A stretch of DNA of 64,000 bases from Patescibacteria group bacterium (GTDB taxonomy: Bacteria > Patescibacteriota > Dojkabacteria > J137), in assembly GCA_963169855.1 (NCBI GenBank), contig CAUJCN010000002.1, positions 133,508 through 197,507 of the forward strand, given 5' to 3'. Shown piece after piece: positions 1 to 9,642 of the stretch. The translations under genes and the position numbers were made by a program. Position 1 is the first letter of the stretch. Each line of letters opens with the position of its first letter. The notes under the pieces are model-generated. The model searched no databases. It was not told where the DNA came from and saw only the letters and a list, made by a program, of their open reading frames with translations.

Positions 1-2
1 GA

Positions 3-287
3 CTTAACATTCTTTACAATGCAGAAATCGCATCTGGAGGATACTGGTACTTTATCGCCGCTCTTGTTGCAACTTTGTTGAATATTATCAATGCAGTTGT
101 ATTTGCTTACTATTACGCTGTAGATAAATCGAATTTAGTAAGAAATATAACAGTGGTCGAAACAATAATCTACTGTTCAGCAGCCTTTATAACAATATCT
201 GATATAAACGCTTTTGTGCTAACAAACGTTATAACTAACATCGGAGGACTACTTTTATCCATCCACTACTTCAGAAAGCTTATCTAA
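3..287 (+). CDS. 5'-truncated hydrophobic membrane protein fragment (open from the window edge)
   Basis: The frame is open from position 3 with no stop until 287. The translation is very hydrophobic (…YWYFIAALVATLLNIINAVVFAYYYAV…). The track ORF 75..287 is the same frame. Confidence 0.35.
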   Translation, partial: LNILYNAEIASGGYWYFIAALVATLLNIINAVVFAYYYAVDKSNLVRNITVVETIIYCSAAFITISDINAFVLTNVITNIGGLLLSIHYFRKLI

Positions 288-496
288 TAAGCATAATCGT
301 TATCCCTAATCTGTTGCCAACTATTGACATTTTTACCTTTTTGATCTATAATAAATATATAAAGAATCAATACAAAAGTGAAGGTAGAAGGAAAGTACGT
401 AGTCCTAACCAAGCTAAGTAACTCCACAAACCAAAGTTCCTTAAATTTGTAAGAAAGTACATAGAATCATTCATAGCTAGTAGCTATTATCGATTC

Positions 497-895
497 ATGG
501 AAAAACTTACTAAATACTCAAGAAATCTAAGAAGAGATGCTACCCTCGGCGAAAGAAGACTCTGGAAACTACTTCGTAACAGAGAGTTTGCTGGATATAA
601 ATTTCGTAGACAGCATAAGCTATTTCATAGGTTCATTGCAGATTTTTACTGCAGGCAACTTAAGCTTATCGTTGAAATTGATGGTAGTAGTCACGACGAA
701 AGCAGATACGATGCTGATAGAAAACGTCAGCGGTTCTTAGAAGATAAAGGTTTAACAGTACTACGTTTCTCGGAATACGAGGCGAGGTATCAAACGAACC
801 AAGTTCTTGAGAGCATAGAGGTGTTTGTGTGTGAAGCGTTTGAGCTCCTCACCCCAACCCTCTCCTCTAAAGAAGGAGAGGGAGCTGTAACTTAG
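497..895 (+). CDS. DUF559 (Vsr-like endonuclease fold) domain protein
   Basis: The sequence RRLWKLLRNREFAGYKFRRQ…IVEIDGSSHD…DADRKRQRFLEDKGLTVLRF is a typical DUF559 signature. The last 13 codons are encoded by a GC-rich hairpin. Confidence 0.6.
   Translation: MEKLTKYSRNLRRDATLGERRLWKLLRNREFAGYKFRRQHKLFHRFIADFYCRQLKLIVEIDGSSHDESRYDADRKRQRFLEDKGLTVLRFSEYEARYQTNQVLESIEVFVCEAFELLTPTLSSKEGEGAVT
858..882. repeat. GC-rich perfect palindrome CCCTCTCC-N9-GGAGAGGG overlapping the 3' end of the DUF559 CDS
   Basis: An 8-bp inverted repeat read directly from the sequence. Confidence 0.6.
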
Positions 896-910
896 TTAGC
901 TAAGTGCGGT

Positions 911-936
911 GCCTTCTCCCTTGTACAAGGGAGAAG
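911..936. repeat. GC-rich perfect palindrome CCTTCTCCCTT-GTAC-AAGGGAGAAGG
   Basis: An 11-bp perfect stem with a 4-nt loop. It could be a terminator or structured RNA for the DUF559 gene, but no U-tract follows. Confidence 0.6.
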
Positions 937-1036
937 GTTAGGATGAGGGATAAAAAACGTTTTACACGTGGACATCAATCTTAGATACCGAAAGGGGCTG
1001 AGAAATGTTTACGACTTTTGTACTTAGTATAAAAGA

Positions 1037-1054
1037 TCCCTGCCTACGCAGGGA
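1037..1054. repeat. Palindrome TCCCTGC-CTAC-GCAGGGA (core CCTGY-N4-RCAGG)
   Basis: A 7-bp perfect stem with a 4-nt loop. The same core recurs at 51165 and 51275. Confidence 0.55.
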
Positions 1055-1182
1055 GAACCTTAAAAACTGTAATAACATACAGTTAAAGCAATTTAGGAAG
1101 CATATTCTTCTACGCTAGAGCTATGAAGAACTGAGCCTTTTTTGTATTAACCTATGTTTACACAATCTGATAAAACGCAAAC

Positions 1183-1229
1183 CCTAGGCTACACTAAGCA
1201 GTCATCGACTCTTTAGTGTAGTCTAGGGG
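1183..1229. repeat. Inverted repeat (CCCTAGGCTACACTAA / TTAGTGTAGTCTAGGG) at the left border of the GC-rich island
   Basis: A 16-bp stem with 15/16 matches around a 15-nt loop. Local GC content jumps immediately to its right. Confidence 0.5.
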
Positions 1230-1308
1230 TCCGCCGAAAAGCCCCACTACAAAGGTTCCGCCAAATATCTGGTGGAACATTTTGGGGCGATGCCCCAAGG
1301 AGATCGAG

Positions 1309-1764
1309 ATGAAGAAAATCGCAATGATCATCATGTTTGGCGTTATCGCGTTGGCATCGGTCGGCTGCATCGACCCGCGGTGGTTCGTTCCGCCCGCGGC
1401 TCGCGGTGCGGCGAATCCCAACACCCCCGTTCCGGCGGCACCGACGGCTCTGCCCACGTTGCCCCCTGGCAACGGCGGCGCGTGCGTTCCGGTCGCGCTT
1501 GGGGTCAATTTCCCGGCGCAACTCACCGTCATCAGCCTGTCGCAGGGTGCGTACACGTTCATGCCGAACGTCGTCTTGACCGCGCCATGGATCATTGTCA
1601 TCGACAAGTTCCCGGACGGCACCAACGACCGCAGCACGAAACGTCTCGTTCGCAGCACGTACACGACCGGCATCAACGGCTCGCACGTGGTCGGCCTCGG
1701 CGGTCCGGCGATTACCAGTCCGGATCAATGCGATCCGACGCTGGAATTCAACGCCGGCAACTAG
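1309..1764 (+). CDS. Secreted lipoprotein of unknown function encoded by a high-GC (~65%) gene with foreign codon usage
   Basis: A strong RBS (AAGGAG) lies 6 nt upstream of ATG 1309. The N-terminus MKKIAMIIMFGVIALASVGC carries a signal peptide and lipobox. A Pro/Ala-rich linker follows. GC3 is near-saturated, unlike every other gene in the window. The other ORFs in this region (1194..1676, 1213..1728, 1272..1841, 1337..1579, 1595..1855) are high-GC artefacts. Confidence 0.6.
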   Translation: MKKIAMIIMFGVIALASVGCIDPRWFVPPAARGAANPNTPVPAAPTALPTLPPGNGGACVPVALGVNFPAQLTVISLSQGAYTFMPNVVLTAPWIIVIDKFPDGTNDRSTKRLVRSTYTTGINGSHVVGLGGPAITSPDQCDPTLEFNAGN

Positions 1765-1833
1765 GCATCGACGCGGACATCAGAAAGGGGAAACATGGGC
1801 GTCCCTTGCACTTCCGAAAGGAGGTGCGGGGAC

Positions 1834-1868
1834 AACCTTAAGTCAATTAGCTTAGTTGATTTAAGGTT
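1834..1868. terminator. Hairpin (AACCTTAAGTCAA / TTGATTTAAGGTT) at the right border of the GC-rich island; possible terminator
   Basis: A 13-bp stem with 12/13 matches and a 9-nt loop lies 70 nt after the lipoprotein stop. No clear U-tract follows. Confidence 0.35.
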
Positions 1869-1919
1869 GGTAACAACATCCCCGCATTCGCGAGGATTAC
1901 AAGGAAAGTTCTTTAATTT

Positions 1920-3125
1920 ATGGACATCATTTCAATATCACATTTCTTCTACCCTAGAGTAGGAGGATTGGAAAAAATGGCATACTTAGTTTTAAAACAC
2001 CTTTCAGAAAAAGGTTATTCTTGCATATCTATATTTTCTAATAATCAAAACAATTCTTACAGATCAGAAGGATTTATTTGGAAAAGTTTCAACACTTTCA
2101 ACTTAATGGGTGGAACTTATCCAATTTTTGGGCTAAAGTTCTTAGCTTACATTTTCAAAATAATCAGAAAAAATCCAAACGCATCTGTTCTAATTTACGA
2201 CAGACATTTAACTAGTAGCGTTTTTGCAGCATTAATTTGTAGAATCCTTAAAAGAGACTATATCCTTGTTTCTCAAACAACTTACTCTGGATATTTTAAA
2301 AATAGATTCATCAACTTTATTGCTGAAATTCTAGATAGAGTTGTTTTTAGTAGCGTTGTTAAAAATGCAAAGTTAGTAATTTGTGTTTCTGGAGCTAATA
2401 GAAATTACCTTTTGAACAAATTCTATAAGAAGGGATCTGCTGAATTGAAGAGAGAAATTTCTGATAAATTCAAAGTAATTTTCAACACTTATAACAATTC
2501 AGTAAAAAGACATACCCCATCAGTAAAAAGAGAAAAAACAGCAATTTTTGCTTCGAAACTAATCGGAGTTAAAGATCCCGATACTACAGCTGCAGCATTC
2601 TTACATCTTGCTCAATTATTACCTGATTGGAAATTTGTTTTTATTGGAGAAGGAAAGACAATTCTGGAAGATATCGAGGACTTACCAATTAACTTCGAAT
2701 ATATTCCAAGATTGTTAGAGCAGGATAGTCTGCATGATCTTTTATCTAGATCTGCGATTTTTGTTAACTCATCTATTCAAGAAGGATTATCGCTTGGCGT
2801 TATCGAAGCTGCAATTTTAGGAAACGAACTTGTACTTTCTGATGCACCAAGTAACTTAGAAATTCTTGAACTTGCCAGAGCAAAATCAAATTCATTCAAG
2901 AGAGGCGATGCAGAAAGCTTAGCAAACAAACTATTAGAAAAAATCCAAGAACTTGAATCAGTAAATATGATCAAAGAAGATACATGGAGAGACGAGTTCT
3001 TAATTTTATGTTCTCAAGAAGAAGTGCTTCGATCTTACGAAGGGATAATCAAATCCCATAAGGCTGCAAAAGAGTTTCAAAGTAGATTAAACTTAAAGAA
3101 AGCAGCTTTTAATTATGAAAAGTAA
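1920..3125 (+). CDS. Glycosyltransferase family 4 (GT-B, GT1-type)
   Basis: N-terminal FYPRVGGLEKMAYLVLKHLSEKGY and C-terminal EGLSLGVIEAAILGNELVLSD match the GT4 nucleotide-sugar-binding motifs. Confidence 0.7.
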   Translation: MDIISISHFFYPRVGGLEKMAYLVLKHLSEKGYSCISIFSNNQNNSYRSEGFIWKSFNTFNLMGGTYPIFGLKFLAYIFKIIRKNPNASVLIYDRHLTSSVFAALICRILKRDYILVSQTTYSGYFKNRFINFIAEILDRVVFSSVVKNAKLVICVSGANRNYLLNKFYKKGSAELKREISDKFKVIFNTYNNSVKRHTPSVKREKTAIFASKLIGVKDPDTTAAAFLHLAQLLPDWKFVFIGEGKTILEDIEDLPINFEYIPRLLEQDSLHDLLSRSAIFVNSSIQEGLSLGVIEAAILGNELVLSDAPSNLEILELARAKSNSFKRGDAESLANKLLEKIQELESVNMIKEDTWRDEFLILCSQEEVLRSYEGIIKSHKAAKEFQSRLNLKKAAFNYEK

Positions 3126-4947
3126 GTTACCAGCAATTTTAAGCGTTTGTTTAGGGGGAGTTTTCGTTCTCTCTGAAATTTTATATTCAGATCTTCTGAT
3201 TTTGAATTTAGGATTATCCCTTGCAGCATTCTTGTTTCTTCCAAAGCTAATCAAAGAAGTTTTTAATATCAAGTTTCATTTCAGCTTAATTTACTTAGCT
3301 TATCTAGGAGCTTACATTACAGCCGTTTTCTTAGCTAGAACTTTCTCTTTAGATTTATTTGTTCTTTCGACAATTATTCGATTACTCGTAGGAATTGGAT
3401 TCTATGGATTACTTTCACTCAATTTCTACGTAAGAGAATACAAAATTGATTGGAGATATATTGCTCTTTTAGTAGTTGCACTGATAGGAATTTTGTTCCT
3501 TAATTTTGGAGTTTTAAGGCAGCCAGGATCGATCATTTCTCTTGATTCGCTCCAACACCAATCTGTTGTAAATCAGAGCTACAGCGACCTTAAAATCTGC
3601 ATTTCTCCATCCCAATGTAACAATTTGTTTCTGAAGGACGGTTATACAACTACTTACCATTCAGTTCTGTTCTTTGTCTCACCTTCAGATTTCCTAACTC
3701 AAAGCAGAATTGCTGCAATGGATATTGTTTGGCTTGTGATTTCTGCGATAGCTGTATTCATGTTTGTTAAACACTTTATTAAAGATCAAAGAATGCAAGT
3801 TATAGTTACAGCAGTTTCTCTTCTTGTGTTTGTGAATGGTGCGTATGAATTCATCTTGTTTATTCCACAAACATTCTCATTCTTTATATTCATGATGTCA
3901 TTTACTAGGAAGAAATTATCGAATCTTGAACTGGTAACTTTCGCTATTTCGATGCTTTTAGTTCACTTAATAATGGGAGCTTTCTTAACTTTCTTGATGG
4001 TTATGTTTGAATTAATCAAAAGAAAGACGGTTGGACTTAAATCTATTACGCTGGTTGCTACTTTAGGCATGATTCTGACGTTTCTTTTCAGTGCTTTACA
4101 GCTTACTTTCGAAAAGATATTCCAATCTAGTGAAATTGAGTTTTTAGGAAATGCTACAAACAAAGCTTTTCCTGAGAATTTAACAGAACTTGCAAATATA
4201 AATTTAATTTTAGTAATTGGTTTACTAGCAACAACACTAGTTTACTTACTGGGATTCAGAAAAGAGAAAGCATCATTCACCCTTTTACCACTGGCTTTAA
4301 CGTCTGTAGCTGTGTATTTCTTTTCCCCGACTTACGCTAACAAGTTTTTAATCGGAATTGGACTTTACGGTGCAATAGTTGTTATCGAAATTATTAGCGA
4401 TCTTATTAAAAATGCTACTACTGAATTGATTGTGATTACTTTGTGTATTGCATTCTCAGCATTGGCATTTGTGGGGAACTACAAGCTAACTTTATCTTTC
4501 TACAAAACTGGAGATAATGTCTACTCTGCTCTGAATGGAAAAGAAAAAAGCTTAATTAACTTTTTGAAAAATACTCAACTAGATTGCGAAGTTGTTACAG
4601 ATCCATTTTCTCAAATAGCGATTACTGGATTAACAAAGTTTCAAACTTATCAAGGACAGTACATGAGCCCAGATTACAGAAAGATTATTCATAACTTCCT
4701 TCAGAAACCAAACGAAGCTACCTTGGGTGCTGTTTTAGCTTACCTTGATCAAGAGAATACATGCTTTATTTATTCTTACAGATTAGAAGAAGCAAGAGTC
4801 GAGAAAATCGACATGTGGGCGAATCAGCTTTACTACTATGTTGTAGATAGTTCGAAAACATTGAACGACGATTTAGAGCCAATCAAAGTTTTAGATAAAG
4901 ATATGAATCTTGTTTACAGAGATAAATATTATTACGTTTTTAAGTAA
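3115..4947 (+). CDS. Polytopic membrane protein (>12 predicted TM helices), possibly a GT-C-type glycosyltransferase or polymerase partner of the GT4
   Basis: The start overlaps the GT4 stop by 11 nt, suggesting translational coupling. The protein is hydrophobic throughout, and no soluble catalytic motif was recognised. Confidence 0.45.
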   Translation: MKSKLPAILSVCLGGVFVLSEILYSDLLILNLGLSLAAFLFLPKLIKEVFNIKFHFSLIYLAYLGAYITAVFLARTFSLDLFVLSTIIRLLVGIGFYGLLSLNFYVREYKIDWRYIALLVVALIGILFLNFGVLRQPGSIISLDSLQHQSVVNQSYSDLKICISPSQCNNLFLKDGYTTTYHSVLFFVSPSDFLTQSRIAAMDIVWLVISAIAVFMFVKHFIKDQRMQVIVTAVSLLVFVNGAYEFILFIPQTFSFFIFMMSFTRKKLSNLELVTFAISMLLVHLIMGAFLTFLMVMFELIKRKTVGLKSITLVATLGMILTFLFSALQLTFEKIFQSSEIEFLGNATNKAFPENLTELANINLILVIGLLATTLVYLLGFRKEKASFTLLPLALTSVAVYFFSPTYANKFLIGIGLYGAIVVIEIISDLIKNATTELIVITLCIAFSALAFVGNYKLTLSFYKTGDNVYSALNGKEKSLINFLKNTQLDCEVVTDPFSQIAITGLTKFQTYQGQYMSPDYRKIIHNFLQKPNEATLGAVLAYLDQENTCFIYSYRLEEARVEKIDMWANQLYYYVVDSSKTLNDDLEPIKVLDKDMNLVYRDKYYYVFK

Positions 4948-5383
4948 TGGTTCTCTACCTGGCGGCAGACAGGGACAAGCTCACCACTCGAAAGAGTTTG
5001 TATTGCAAGACATGGAGAAAGAAATTAAATATAACGATAATAAATTAGTTAATAAACAAAAATGTTTTACTTCTACATTTTCAAAACAAAAAAGGATCAA
5101 TACATTCAAGGTGTAACTAAGAACATGCAGACTACAATAATCGAGTACGCACTAGCCTACAAAACAGGAATAAAACTTCTGGATGTTCAAGCTTTCAAAC
5201 GAAAGAAAGATGCAGAAAGCGTTTTGCAAGAATTTCAAACTGCACCTACAGTTGTTATCGAGAGAATCGAAACTTCCAAAAAGATTTAAGTATCAATCAC
5301 CCCTTGATCCAATCAATTGGATCACTCACCTCGAGGGGAGAAAGTTCGCCACTGGCGAGCTGGAGTGGTGATACAATTTATAA

Positions 5384-6379
5384 ATGATACTTGAATTCAC
5401 TAGCAAAGGAATCTATTGCCCTCAGGGAGATTTCTACATTGATCCAATCTCCGCAGTTGAAACCGCAGTAATTACGCATGGACACTCAGATCACGCTAGA
5501 GGTGGACATAAACGATACATTGCCACACCGGAAACCATCGCCATTATGAAATTTAGGTTAAGCAAGAAGATTAATGCTGACCCACTTGAATATAGAAAAC
5601 AAATCAACATAAAAGACGTAATAGTGTCGCTACATCCAGCAGGTCACGTTTTAGGGTCTGCTCAGGTAAGAATTGAGTACGGTGGCGAGGTAGCGGTGGT
5701 TACTGGTGACTATAAAGTTGAATACGATAACGTCTCGGAACCTTTTGAGCTTGTTAAGTGCAACACTTTCGTTACAGAATGCACTTTTGGATTACCATTA
5801 TTCAACTGGCAACCTCAGGAACAAGTATTCGACGAAATCAACGAATGGTGGAAAAAGAATTCTGAACAAGGGATAAATAGTGTTCTCAATTGCTATTCCT
5901 TAGGTAAAGCTCAAAGAATATTAAAGAATATTGATCCCTCAATTGGACCAATAGTTTGCCATGATACTATTGAGGATCATAATAAAATCCACGAGCAATT
6001 TGGGATCAAGCTACCCAAAAGAACTGACGCTTCCAACCATGATAATAAAGCCTTGATCCTAACACCAACATCATCTTCCAAAACTGAATGGTTTAAACAA
6101 TTTGGAGATCACAGACTTGGAAATGCCTCTGGCTGGATGATGTTTGATGGCTTTCACAGAGGTGTTCACAAAGGATTTGTTTTATCAGACCACTGTGATT
6201 GGAAAGCCTTAAATTGGGTCATAAAAAATACAGGTGCAGATTTAATTTATTTAATGCACGGTTATACTAAAGAATACTCCAACTATTTAAACGGACAAGG
6301 AGTTTTTACAAAGGTTGTTGAAGAATTAGGAAAGACAATTTCAGAAAACTATGCAGAATCTTCCGAATATGCTGAATAG
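5384..6379 (+). CDS. MBL-fold metallo-hydrolase resembling the ligase-associated DNA-damage-response exonuclease
   Basis: The N-terminus ILEFTSKGIYCPQGDFYIDP…AVITHGHSDHARG shows the HxHxDH MBL motif in the context typical of that exonuclease family. No ligase or Lhr helicase is adjacent. Confidence 0.5.
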   Translation: MILEFTSKGIYCPQGDFYIDPISAVETAVITHGHSDHARGGHKRYIATPETIAIMKFRLSKKINADPLEYRKQINIKDVIVSLHPAGHVLGSAQVRIEYGGEVAVVTGDYKVEYDNVSEPFELVKCNTFVTECTFGLPLFNWQPQEQVFDEINEWWKKNSEQGINSVLNCYSLGKAQRILKNIDPSIGPIVCHDTIEDHNKIHEQFGIKLPKRTDASNHDNKALILTPTSSSKTEWFKQFGDHRLGNASGWMMFDGFHRGVHKGFVLSDHCDWKALNWVIKNTGADLIYLMHGYTKEYSNYLNGQGVFTKVVEELGKTISENYAESSEYAE

Positions 6380-6863
6380 TTAATCTGACCGATACTTTTA
6401 ATAGATTAATCCTCTCTTTTAAATTAACCATAATTGTTCATATAAAGTGAACACTATTTTTCTTTCAATGAATATCGTGACACTTAAATTTAAGTGTTCA
6501 TTTTTTGAACAAAACAATTTTACCCAAAATTACTCAAAAACTATTGTTATAAAAGAATATTAATTGATTATTCTCTATTGTGAGAATAATGGTAGTAAAA
6601 CATGAATTCTAGCGATGTAATATTAACGTAACACAAAAGTATAATTATATATGTTACGATTATATCTACGTAAATTATTGTGTATCAATAACACTTCTAT
6701 TTATTTACTATCCCTTTCGGACTCAACAATGGGCACATCCACACATTTGTCCTAATGTCCTAATAGCCATTCAATATATTGTGGATAAAAAGAGAAGCCC
6801 TAAAGATAAATGTATCGTATACGGAACAGATTTAACCTGCAATTTTAAGTGTGTGGATAAGTT

Positions 6864-9632
6864 TTAGTGAGTCAACGTATCTAGGTAAGTTATCAATGTG
6901 GCAACTTGCCCTCCCTCTAGGGTTAACATGTGCGATCTGTAAGACTTTCTTCCTAGCCAAGATTTCCAGCCTACAATAGTATTTTTATCGGCGAAGTTTT
7001 TAGTTATCAAAGAGAGTGCGGATGGAGTAAAAGCCTCCACGTCTACTTTATCTGCTGACTTTATACCTAATACATATTCAAGAATCTTTCTAGAAACAAC
7101 ATTTCCGTGAATCTTCCAAAAGTCTGTTAAAGAGAATCTTTTAGACAGAACTTCTTCTCCAAAAATGATACCTAGTTCCGACAAGTTACTACCACCACAA
7201 ACAAGCCCTTCGATATGTGATCTAATTTTTTCTTGTGCACCTAAAAAGATATTTCGATTACTTTTAATAAGCTCGACCACTTTACTAGCTCCTTGTAACT
7301 CGTCTCTGTAATACCCAGATTCTTCCCTTAGAACAAAGTTAATGACAAAATCGCCAACGGCTACTCCACAATTTAAAGACTCCGTCTCTAGAACAGGAAC
7401 TACAGGAAATCCAAAGAAGCTATTTAGCTGATCTGCTAATTCAACATCCTTTTTAATTTCATCCTTGACTTCTACTTTTTCAGCCATTCTTTTTTCAACG
7501 TCAATTTTCAACTGCTTAATAGAAAATCTGATTTTCTGATCAGCGAAATCATACTCGGAGACTAAATATAGATCCCCTTGAACATTGTAAAATTCGTATC
7601 CGGTATCATGATGAACTTCTCTACAGCCATCAATATTCTTTCCCCTAACAACACCTCCTCGGTTAAATATAGAGCCTTTTTCGTAAGGATATGTTCGGTT
7701 AAACCCATCCCAATCCATGTTAACATCATAATATTGAGGACTTAATCTCAGTTCAATAGCATCTTTGAGCTTTTTCAAGCTTCTACCTTCGATACTATGC
7801 TCGGCTGTTATTTTATCTATTATCGAATCTAAGCAATCAACTAATTCACCATTATATTCGTAGTTAGCAAAATCAGTTTGCGGTTTCAATTCTGGAGTAT
7901 TTACTCTCTTCATTTCCGGGATTGCAGTATTATTCTGAGGATGAGTAATGTTAAAGAAGTACTCGTTTGATTTTCCCCATCTGTTTCTGAATTTCTTATA
8001 AATTCTTTTCAAACTCTCTAAATCGAGCTCGCCCTTAAGAACTAAATCATTTAAAAAAGATAAATAGGAATTTAGTAACTTAGATACATTAGTTTTCACG
8101 ATGCTTAGGAATTCCCCAGATAGCTCAAAATCCTTCATCATCGAAACAAATTGTAAAAACTCTTCTATTTCTACATCTAAAATACCCGATACCTCTGTCT
8201 TATCTAACTGGGTAAATTGGGTTTCCATCAAGTTAATTACCTCTGAATCCCACGAATTCTTTTCATAAAGGGAGGATCCTGCCAAAAAAGATGCACATTT
8301 GTTTAGCAAGATAAGTCGCATTCTGGATCCTCCAAGTGGATTTAAATCATCGATCACAAACGACTCGAATCCAATTATCATACCAAGACTGATTCTTTGC
8401 ATTTTTCTCGACAAATTCGTCACAACACCGGTAGCATTTAAACCAGTAATATTAAGAATTGGTGCTATTTTCATAGCAAGCGAAACTAAATCAGAATGGT
8501 TTTCATAAAGACCCTTGTAGATCAACTGATAGAACCCTTTTACTGTTGCACCAAATTTGTAAAAATCCTCTGGATTGATTCCCATGTATTCTTGAACATA
8601 TGAAACCATTTGACTAAGAGGAATTTTTTCGAGATCTTGGGCATGTGTCAAAAATCTGGCAATCCAAATCGCTGCCTTTTGAGTAGAGAGATCTTCAACG
8701 CCACTAAGACTCCTAAGCGGCTCCATGTATTTCATGATTGCTGTAGTCAAGTCTCTTACTGTGTCCTCTGACAAACCTTGCTCTACAGGTTTGGCATTAT
8801 TTACTTTCCTTACAACTACAGATGGATTAGACTCAAACCAAGTAGTTCCATATAACTCCCTTCTACTCTCAACCTCTTCGGGATGATTTTTTTCTAAGTA
8901 CACCAAGTATTCATTGATTTCTTTTTCGATTTGCTTTGCAAGCACAGCTTTTTTCTCTGGAAACATCGTAGCAATATCCATAATTACATTCATCTTTTGT
9001 ATATATGAAACATCATCACTTAACGGGGCATTCCAGTACTCACGACTATATTTAGATCTATAATCAATTATGCTGTCTAGAAGTTCAGGAAGAAGGGCTT
9101 CATCTCCGAAACCAACTCCCAACGCATAAAAAGTGGATACAAAGAAATCCTCATACACTCCTGCAATAAATGATTTCTTCCATTTTCGCAAATCCAGAAA
9201 TCTAGCTTTTGTAGTAAAGTATTTAAAAAGAATCAGAAAATCTGAATCAGACATCTCTCTTTCCAGGAAATCTTCAGCGAATCTCTTTGCATAGCTTGCA
9301 AATCCATTCTCGACCAAACTAAAACCTTCGAAATCTATAGACTGCTCAAAAATTTCGGAAAGTTCTCTAATCATCTGCCTAAGAACATCAAACCCTAAAA
9401 TGCCCAATCTATCTTGGATATTCGATAAATCACTTTGAATAATTACTCTAAAGTTTACAAACAGGAATTCACACGCCATTTTTAAACGATCCTTGTCTGC
9501 AGATTGTGGAAAACGCTCCGGGTGTTTTTGAAGGACATGATCGTAAAGAAAATTCCCAAGCTTTTCAGCTTGCTGTGGAAGACCTTCACCGTGTTCAAAT
9601 ATGCTCATTTTGTCGCCAATGACTGCGACCAA
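6864..9632 (-). CDS. Large (922 aa) uncharacterised cytoplasmic protein
   Basis: A long uninterrupted ORF lies 10 nt downstream of pepF on the same strand. It has no P-loop, no HExxH, no TM segments and no recognisable domain motifs. Confidence 0.5.
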   Translation of the reverse strand: MVAVIGDKMSIFEHGEGLPQQAEKLGNFLYDHVLQKHPERFPQSADKDRLKMACEFLFVNFRVIIQSDLSNIQDRLGILGFDVLRQMIRELSEIFEQSIDFEGFSLVENGFASYAKRFAEDFLEREMSDSDFLILFKYFTTKARFLDLRKWKKSFIAGVYEDFFVSTFYALGVGFGDEALLPELLDSIIDYRSKYSREYWNAPLSDDVSYIQKMNVIMDIATMFPEKKAVLAKQIEKEINEYLVYLEKNHPEEVESRRELYGTTWFESNPSVVVRKVNNAKPVEQGLSEDTVRDLTTAIMKYMEPLRSLSGVEDLSTQKAAIWIARFLTHAQDLEKIPLSQMVSYVQEYMGINPEDFYKFGATVKGFYQLIYKGLYENHSDLVSLAMKIAPILNITGLNATGVVTNLSRKMQRISLGMIIGFESFVIDDLNPLGGSRMRLILLNKCASFLAGSSLYEKNSWDSEVINLMETQFTQLDKTEVSGILDVEIEEFLQFVSMMKDFELSGEFLSIVKTNVSKLLNSYLSFLNDLVLKGELDLESLKRIYKKFRNRWGKSNEYFFNITHPQNNTAIPEMKRVNTPELKPQTDFANYEYNGELVDCLDSIIDKITAEHSIEGRSLKKLKDAIELRLSPQYYDVNMDWDGFNRTYPYEKGSIFNRGGVVRGKNIDGCREVHHDTGYEFYNVQGDLYLVSEYDFADQKIRFSIKQLKIDVEKRMAEKVEVKDEIKKDVELADQLNSFFGFPVVPVLETESLNCGVAVGDFVINFVLREESGYYRDELQGASKVVELIKSNRNIFLGAQEKIRSHIEGLVCGGSNLSELGIIFGEEVLSKRFSLTDFWKIHGNVVSRKILEYVLGIKSADKVDVEAFTPSALSLITKNFADKNTIVGWKSWLGRKSYRSHMLTLEGGQVATLITYLDTLTH

Positions 9633-9642
9633 TTATACTATT

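Noticed and set aside
1194-1855. Five overlapping ORFs on both strands inside the GC-rich island (1194..1676 -, 1213..1728 -, 1272..1841 +, 1337..1579 +, 1595..1855 +)
   Set aside because: High GC suppresses stop codons in all frames. Only the frame starting at ATG 1309 has an RBS, a signal peptide/lipobox and protein-like composition. The others are Arg/Ala/Pro-rich artefacts.
8299-8508. Small antisense ORFs inside large genes (for example 8299..8508, 13829..14197, 18014..18322, 19699..19953, 20170..20364, 44703..44975, 59133..59432)
   Set aside because: They are embedded opposite well-supported CDSs, show low-complexity translations and have no independent signals. They are treated as frame noise.
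6864-9632. 922-aa protein as phosphoenolpyruvate carboxylase, Argonaute or lantibiotic dehydratase
   Set aside because: I looked for the PEPC signatures (TAHPTE, GYSDSxKD, C-terminal NTG), the PIWI RDG/DEDX context and LanB features, and none are present. The protein is left as uncharacterised.
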